From Dickeya dadantii NCPPB 898 (lineage in GTDB: Bacteria > Pseudomonadota > Gammaproteobacteria > Enterobacterales > Enterobacteriaceae): a stretch of DNA of 32,000 nucleotides. The first letter of the stretch is position 1. Every line of letters starts with the position of its first letter. The stretch covers positions 657,260 to 689,259 of the forward strand of contig NZ_CM001976.1 of the NCBI RefSeq assembly GCF_000406145.1, written 5' to 3'. Under the pieces are notes generated by a model, which worked only from the letters and a program-made list of their open reading frames with translations, was not told the origin of the DNA and searched no databases. Shown here piece by piece: positions 27,420 to 32,000 of this stretch. Both the position numbers and the translations under genes were made by a program.

Positions 27420-28202
27420 ATGAAAGATGTTAACTGCGTCGACCCCTGTGTCAGGGAACTGGCCAGCTTTGCACTTCATCATCAGAAACAGCATCCAGAG
27501 TGCGTTATTTATCAAACGTCATTAATGAGCGGGCTTATTAATGGCGTTTATGAAGGTAACATCACCATGGAAGAACTTCTGAAACATGGCGATTTTGGAT
27601 TAGGGACGTTTAATGATCTCGACGGCGAACTGGTGGCGCTTAACAGCCGCATCTTCCAGCTCCGTGAGGATGGCAGCGCACGTGCGGCGCTGTCGAATCA
27701 GAAAACGCCTTTCGCGGTAATGACCTTTTTCCGGCCGACGGAGCAGATCCATTTCGGACAGGCCACCAGCCGCGAAGCGATTCATCAGCGCATTAATGAT
27801 TTGATTGCAACAGATAATCTGTTTTGTGCCCTGCGGATAGATGGCCGCTTTAGCCACGTGGAAACCCGTACGGTACCTCGCCAGGAACGTCCTTATAAAC
27901 CGATGCTGGAAGCGATTGCCCAACAACCCACGTTCCGTTTCGAACAGTGTCAGGGCAGCGTTATCGGTTTCCGTAGTCCTGCCTATGTTCAGGGGATTAA
28001 TGTTGCTGGTTATCACGAGCATTTCATCACCGATGACCGCAAAGGCGGCGGACATATCCTTGATTATCGACTGGAAGAAGGCGTATTGACCTTTGGCTCT
28101 ATCGCCAAACTGGTTATTGACCTTCCCCGCGACAGGGATTTCCTGAAAGCCAATTTATCCCCTGAAGATCTCGATAGCGTCATTCACTCTGTGGAGAGCT
28201 GA
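27420..28202 (+). CDS. budA: Alpha-acetolactate decarboxylase
   Basis: YQTSLMSGLINGVYEG...LLKHGDFGLGTFNDLDGELVAL...GINVAGYHEHFITDDRKGGGH is colinear with Klebsiella BudA. ATG 27420 has a gaaggga SD 6 nt upstream. ATG 27414 (the track start) is 2 codons longer and abuts the SD. Confidence 0.93.
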   Translation: MKDVNCVDPCVRELASFALHHQKQHPECVIYQTSLMSGLINGVYEGNITMEELLKHGDFGLGTFNDLDGELVALNSRIFQLREDGSARAALSNQKTPFAVMTFFRPTEQIHFGQATSREAIHQRINDLIATDNLFCALRIDGRFSHVETRTVPRQERPYKPMLEAIAQQPTFRFEQCQGSVIGFRSPAYVQGINVAGYHEHFITDDRKGGGHILDYRLEEGVLTFGSIAKLVIDLPRDRDFLKANLSPEDLDSVIHSVES

Positions 28203-28257
28203 AGCGTCGAGCAGGTACTGAAAGCAAAAGCACACTGTTATGCAGAGGATAAACATT

Positions 28258-29937
28258 ATGGAAAATATGGATGGTCAACAGCATTGGTCTAGCGGTGCGG
28301 AGCTGATCGTAAAACATCTTGAACAGCAAGGCGTCAACTATGTCTTCGGCATTCCTGGTGCAAAAGTAGACCGCGTGTTTGATTCGTTGGTGGATTCGTC
28401 GATCCAGACCATTCCTGTACGGCATGAGGCCAATGGCGCCTTTATGGCGGCCGCCGTCGGGCGTCTTACCGGCAAGGCCGGCGTGACGCTGGTGACGTCG
28501 GGGCCGGGCTGTTCGAATCTGGTGACCGGGCTGGCTACCGCGACGGCGGAAGGTGACCCGCTGGTAGCGCTGGGGGGCGCGGTCAAACGCGCCGACCGCC
28601 TGAAGCTGACCCATCAGAGCCTGGATACCGTCAGCCTGTTTCAGCCGGTGACCAAATACAGTGCTGAAATCACGGTGTCGTCCGCGATTTCAGAAGTGAT
28701 GGCTAACGCCTTTCGCGCCGCTGAACTTGGGCGGCCGGGCGCGGCGTTCATCAGTCTGCCGGAGGATATCGTCAATGAACCGGTGGACAGCCCGATTCTG
28801 GCCCGTACTGCGCTGCCAACCCTCAACAGCGCGCCGCGTAAGGATGTTGAACGGGTGGCCGGGCTGATAAAGCAAGCCAAAAATCCGATCCTGCTGCTGG
28901 GGCTGATGGCCAGCCAGCCGAAAAACGCCGAGGCGCTGCGCCGCCTGCTGCATCACAGCCGCCTGCCGGTAACCAGTACCTATCAGGCCGCCGGGGTGAT
29001 TGATCAACAGCATTTTGACCATTTTGCCGGACGGGTCGGCTTGTTCAACAACCAGGCCGGCGACAAGCTGCTACAGCAGGCAGACCTTATCGTCACGGTC
29101 GGTTACAGCCCGGTAGAATATGCGCCGGCGCTGTGGAATTCCGGCAATGCCACGCTGGTGCATATTGATGTGCTGCCCGCCGAAGTAGAAAGCGCCTACC
29201 GCCCGGATGTGGAACTGGTTGGCGACATCAGCATCACCATTGATGCGCTCAATGAGCAACTCAGTTCGCCGATCGTGCTGTCGTCACAGTCGGCGGCGAT
29301 TTTGGAAGAGCGCAGTCAACTGCGTCATGAACTGGCGACCCGTGCCATCAACATGGACGGCTTCGCCATCCATCCGTTACGGCTGGTGCGGGTGATGCAG
29401 GATCTGGTCAATAAAGACGTTACCTTGTGCGTGGACATGGGCAGTTTCCATATCTGGCTGGCGCGTTATCTCTACAGCTTCCGCGCTCGTCAGGTGCTGA
29501 TGACCAACGGCCAGCAGACCATGGGGGTGGCGTTGCCGTGGGCGATCGCCGCCGCGCTGGTGAATCCGAAACAGAAGGTGGTGTCGGTGTCCGGGGATGG
29601 CGGTTTCATGCAGTCCAGCATGGAGCTGGAAACCGCGGTGCGGCTGAAATCCAACATTCTGCACATCATCTGGGTGGATAACGCCTACAACATGGTGGAA
29701 ATTCAGGAAGAGAAAAAATATCACCGCGCTTCCGGCGTCAAGTTCGGGCCGATTGACTTTAAAGCCTATGCGGAAGCTTTCGGCGCTAAAGGTTTTGCCG
29801 TGGAATCCGCCGCCGAACTGGTGCCGAAACTCTGGCAGGCGATGGATGTAGACGGCCCGGCGGTGATCGCCATTCCGGTGGATTACTCCGACAACCATTA
29901 CCTGATGGAGAACGTGAATATCAGTCAGCTGATCTGA
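28258..29937 (+). CDS. budB: Catabolic (pH 6) acetolactate synthase, ThDP-dependent
   Basis: ATG 28258 has a gagga SD 8 nt upstream and gives 559 aa, the recalled length of Klebsiella Bud[16 protein letters not shown], the ThDP motif GDGGF...N, and the C-terminus DYSDNHYLM are colinear with BudB/AlsS. Confidence 0.95.
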   Translation: MENMDGQQHWSSGAELIVKHLEQQGVNYVFGIPGAKVDRVFDSLVDSSIQTIPVRHEANGAFMAAAVGRLTGKAGVTLVTSGPGCSNLVTGLATATAEGDPLVALGGAVKRADRLKLTHQSLDTVSLFQPVTKYSAEITVSSAISEVMANAFRAAELGRPGAAFISLPEDIVNEPVDSPILARTALPTLNSAPRKDVERVAGLIKQAKNPILLLGLMASQPKNAEALRRLLHHSRLPVTSTYQAAGVIDQQHFDHFAGRVGLFNNQAGDKLLQQADLIVTVGYSPVEYAPALWNSGNATLVHIDVLPAEVESAYRPDVELVGDISITIDALNEQLSSPIVLSSQSAAILEERSQLRHELATRAINMDGFAIHPLRLVRVMQDLVNKDVTLCVDMGSFHIWLARYLYSFRARQVLMTNGQQTMGVALPWAIAAALVNPKQKVVSVSGDGGFMQSSMELETAVRLKSNILHIIWVDNAYNMVEIQEEKKYHRASGVKFGPIDFKAYAEAFGAKGFAVESAAELVPKLWQAMDVDGPAVIAIPVDYSDNHYLMENVNISQLI

Positions 29938-29974
29938 GCGTAATACGCTCGGTTCAGGTGCTACGATCCTACCT

Positions 29975-29997
29975 GCTGCAAGGCTTTGCAGCCTTTT
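29975..29997 (+). terminator. Terminator of budAB
   Basis: 7-bp stem gctgcaa/ttgcagc (29975-29981 with 29986-29992), loop ggct, then cTTTT. Confidence 0.65.
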
Positions 29998-30007
29998 GAG
30001 CCGTATT

Positions 30008-30071
30008 CGCCTGTGACGAATATTTCATCGTAAACGCCGTATGGCGAATGTTGAATGTTTCGTCACAGGCG
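30008..30071. repeat. 13-bp inverted repeat enclosing a 38-bp spacer
   Basis: cgcctgtgacgaa (30008-30020) pairs with ttcgtcacaggcg (30059-30071). An inner mini-hairpin cgcc-gtat-ggcg is present. Confidence 0.6.
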
Positions 30072-30083
30072 CTGGTTGCTCCA

Positions 30084-30184
30084 CGCGTCCTGAAGCCCCC
30101 GATAGTAATAAGGGGCTTGACCGGCCTGTCGCGGCGTTTGACGCGGCAGGTTCCGGTTCGTTATTGGCAGGACGCGCGTTTTTT
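30084..30184 (+). repeat. Nested palindromic (REP-like) element ending in a T-run
   Basis: The outer 9-bp helix is cgcgtcctg/caggacgcg (30084-30092 with 30168-30176). Inner hairpin 1 is aagcccc/ggggctt (30093-30099 with 30112-30118). Inner hairpin 2 is cctgtcgcg/cgcggcagg (30125-30133 with 30142-30150) and resembles enterobacterial REP units. The element is followed by cgTTTTTT (to 30184). Confidence 0.45.
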
Positions 30185-30230
30185 GTCACTTCCCGCCACG
30201 TATCGACAAATCGCACAATCGGCGATTTGT

Positions 30231-30290
30231 TTATCAGTAGATAGATGATCAGTAGATCGATTATCAGTAAATCGATTATCAGTAGATCGA
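30231..30290. repeat. Four tandem 15-bp units overlapping the fucO stop codon
   Basis: The units are ttatcagtagataga, tgatcagtagatcga, ttatcagtaaatcga, and ttatcagtagatcga. On the coding (minus) strand each reads TC(G/T) AT(C/T) TAC TGA plus one more codon (TAA or TCA), that is Ser-Ile-Tyr-stop, in frame with the fucO terminus ...YQSIY*. Confidence 0.88.
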
Positions 30291-31430
30291 CTGATACAAC
30301 GCCTCAATCTCCTTCACGCTGGCCGGGCGCGGATTGCCGCCGGTGCAGACATCGTCGAATGCCGCCTGCGCCAGTGCCGGAATATCCTGTTCTTTCACGC
30401 CGACCTGACGCAATTGCGCCGGGATATCCACATCCTGCGCCAGTTGCCGCACCGCCTGAATCGCCGCGTTTCGCGCCTGCGCCAGCGGCATGACGTCCGC
30501 GCCTTGTACACCCATCGCCACGGCGATGGCGCGGAATTTCTCACCGGTGTATTCCGCGTTCCAGGCCATCACATGGGGCAACAGAATCGCGTTGGCGACG
30601 CCGTGCGGGGTGTTATAGAAAGCGCCCAGCGGATGCGCCATACCGTGCACCAGCCCCAGACCGACGTTGGAAAAACCCATGCCGGCGATATATTGCCCCA
30701 GCGCCATCGCTTCCACGCCATGCGGTTTACCCGCTACCGAATCACGCAGCGAACGGCTGATGATTTCGATGGCTTTGAGGTGCAGCATGTCGGTTAATTC
30801 CCAGGCACCCTGAGTGGTAAAGCCTTCGATGGCGTGGGTCAGGGCGTCGATACCGGTGGCGGCTTTGAGTGAGGCGGGCATGCTGCTCATCATGTTCGCG
30901 TCGATAAACGACACGATAGGGATATCGTGTGGGTCGACGCAGACGAATTTGCGCCGTCTCTCTTCATCGGTGATGACGTAGTTGATGGTGACTTCCGCCG
31001 CGGTGCCGGAGGTGGTGGGAATGGCAAGAATCGGCACGCTGGGTTTGCGGGTGGCCGCGACCCCTTCCAGGCTGCGCACATCGGCGAATTCCGGGTTAGT
31101 GATGATGATGCCGATGGCTTTGCAGGTGTCCTGCGGTGAACCACCGCCAATAGCGATCAGGTAGTCGGCGCCGGAGGCCTGAAAACGTTCGACCCCCTGC
31201 TGGACAACGGCGATGGTCGGATTGGGAATCACGCCGTCATAGATGTCATAAGGCAGGCCCGCCTTGTCCATCAGCGCGGTGACTTTACCCGCTACGCCGT
31301 ACTTCATCAGTTCCTTGTCCGTCACCACCAGCGCTTTGCGAAAGCCGCGTCGCTGCACTTCTTCAGTCAGGTGAGCGATGGCGCCGCTGCCAAAATAGGA
31401 CGTTTCATTCAATATCATTCTGTGTGCCAT
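30279..31430 (-). CDS. fucO: Iron-containing alcohol dehydrogenase, lactaldehyde reductase (1,2-propanediol oxidoreductase)-like
   Basis: 383 aa. MAHRMILNETSYFGSGA...ADYLIAIGGGSPQDTCKAIG...ILAIPTTSGTAAEVTINYVITDEERRRKFVCVDPHDIP...GLGLVHGMAHPLGAFYNTPHGVANAILLPHVM is colinear and highly similar to E. coli FucO as recalled. No other fuc genes occur in the window, so the physiological role may differ. Confidence 0.9.
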   Translation of the reverse strand: MAHRMILNETSYFGSGAIAHLTEEVQRRGFRKALVVTDKELMKYGVAGKVTALMDKAGLPYDIYDGVIPNPTIAVVQQGVERFQASGADYLIAIGGGSPQDTCKAIGIIITNPEFADVRSLEGVAATRKPSVPILAIPTTSGTAAEVTINYVITDEERRRKFVCVDPHDIPIVSFIDANMMSSMPASLKAATGIDALTHAIEGFTTQGAWELTDMLHLKAIEIISRSLRDSVAGKPHGVEAMALGQYIAGMGFSNVGLGLVHGMAHPLGAFYNTPHGVANAILLPHVMAWNAEYTGEKFRAIAVAMGVQGADVMPLAQARNAAIQAVRQLAQDVDIPAQLRQVGVKEQDIPALAQAAFDDVCTGGNPRPASVKEIEALYQSIY

Positions 31431-31489
31431 GATTTCTCCTTAACACATTGATTTTTAATCATTGAGGCGAATCGGTTATCCATTTGCGC

Positions 31490-31525
31490 CAGTAGCCGGT
31501 GTGGTTACAGTAGCCGATAGGGTTA
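31490..31525. repeat. Two tandem 18-bp direct repeats 60-95 nt upstream of fucO (candidate operator)
   Basis: cagtagccggtgtggtta (31490-31507) and cagtagccgatagggtta (31508-31525) are identical at 15 of 18 positions. Confidence 0.6.
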
Positions 31526-32000
31526 ATCGTTAATCTAGTCGTGTGCCGTGCAGGGAGAGGAAAAAGCTCGCTTCTGGTTGATAAAAGTCAACCCTTTGTC
31601 AGATGGATCACTCGCCGATGAATCCAGTGTGAAACCAGCCGGGACTCACCGCCTTCTCACGGCTGCCATCCGCCGCGTCGTACTGTCGCTGGCGGGAAGA
31701 TGTCCACGACGGCGATCACAGAATCAGTAGGTGAGGGGAGCGGAAGGCAGTCGTCGCTTTACCTGAAATAATCTAATTTTAGGGTTTTTTCGCATTACTT
31801 AATCTAATTTAACTTGTGATTGTCTCTTCTGACATCAAACCAAAAAATCAAGTTTTAATAATTCGTGGTGTTGGTTTTATTTTTTAATTTGGCGCTAAGT
31901 TTTAATTATGTATATTTTTTCAGATTTATATCCTGATTGGGTGATTGGGTAATTCAAGGCTGTTCTGGCTTTTTATATAGATAAACTTATGGTTGAAGGA

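Noticed and set aside
31548-31730. 60-aa plus-strand ORF (MQGEEKARFWLIKVNPLSDG...)
   Set aside because: It has no SD, an Arg-rich low-complexity C-terminus and no recognisable motif. It lies in a region better explained as regulatory or non-coding.
31600-31740. Cobalamin-riboswitch-like strings (gaatccagtgtgaaaccag ... ctggcgggaag) upstream of fucO
   Set aside because: The would-be P4 strands (CCAG/CCAG) are not complementary. There is no B12 box (AGYCMGGAGACCKGCC type). The strings are on the strand opposite to fucO. The resemblance is superficial.

Overview
32-kb chromosomal segment from a GC-rich member of the Enterobacterales. Gene content, gene order and the budR/budAB cluster fit a Pectobacteriaceae such as Dickeya, but that is inference only. 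Most of the window is conserved housekeeping DNA. In order it holds: pnp (5'-truncated by the window edge), nlpI, deaD, yhbW, ubiV-ubiU / ubiT-yhbS, yhbQ, a two-repeat orphan type I-E-like CRISPR remnant, and the deoCABD operon behind a tandem-CRP promoter. Next come an unrecognised 166-aa ORF, a complete translationally coupled type I restriction-modification operon (hsdR-hsdM-hsdS), rimI-holD / rsmC, and an aldo-keto reductase with a divergent LysR regulator. The right end holds three identical tRNA-Leu(CAG) genes, a small membrane protein, budR / budA-budB (acetoin pathway), a fucO-like iron alcohol dehydrogenase, and a long non-coding stretch that ends very AT-rich. I see no transposase, integrase, phage gene or cas gene. 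The parts worth a second look are non-coding or accessory. (1) The cas-less CRISPR mini-array lies exactly where yhb-type synteny switches to deo/hsd/rimI-type synteny. (2) Six tandem 16-bp repeats lie inside the deo operon between deoA and deoB. (3) The deoD-rimI interval carries the mosaic-GC type I R-M cassette plus an orphan ORF. That ORF's roughly 130-nt upstream region can form an anti-SD helix enclosing a possible H-type pseudoknot. (4) A plus-strand intrinsic terminator at 26365-26394 has no gene to terminate and may mark an sRNA. (5) Four in-frame 15-bp copies of the fucO 'SIY-stop' terminus are present. (6) Nested palindromes and direct repeats flank fucO. I cannot show from sequence alone that any of these is a new biological system. 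The orphan ORF with its structured leader next to the R-M cassette is my best candidate. Several ORF-track starts are over-extended; I give SD- and homology-supported starts instead.
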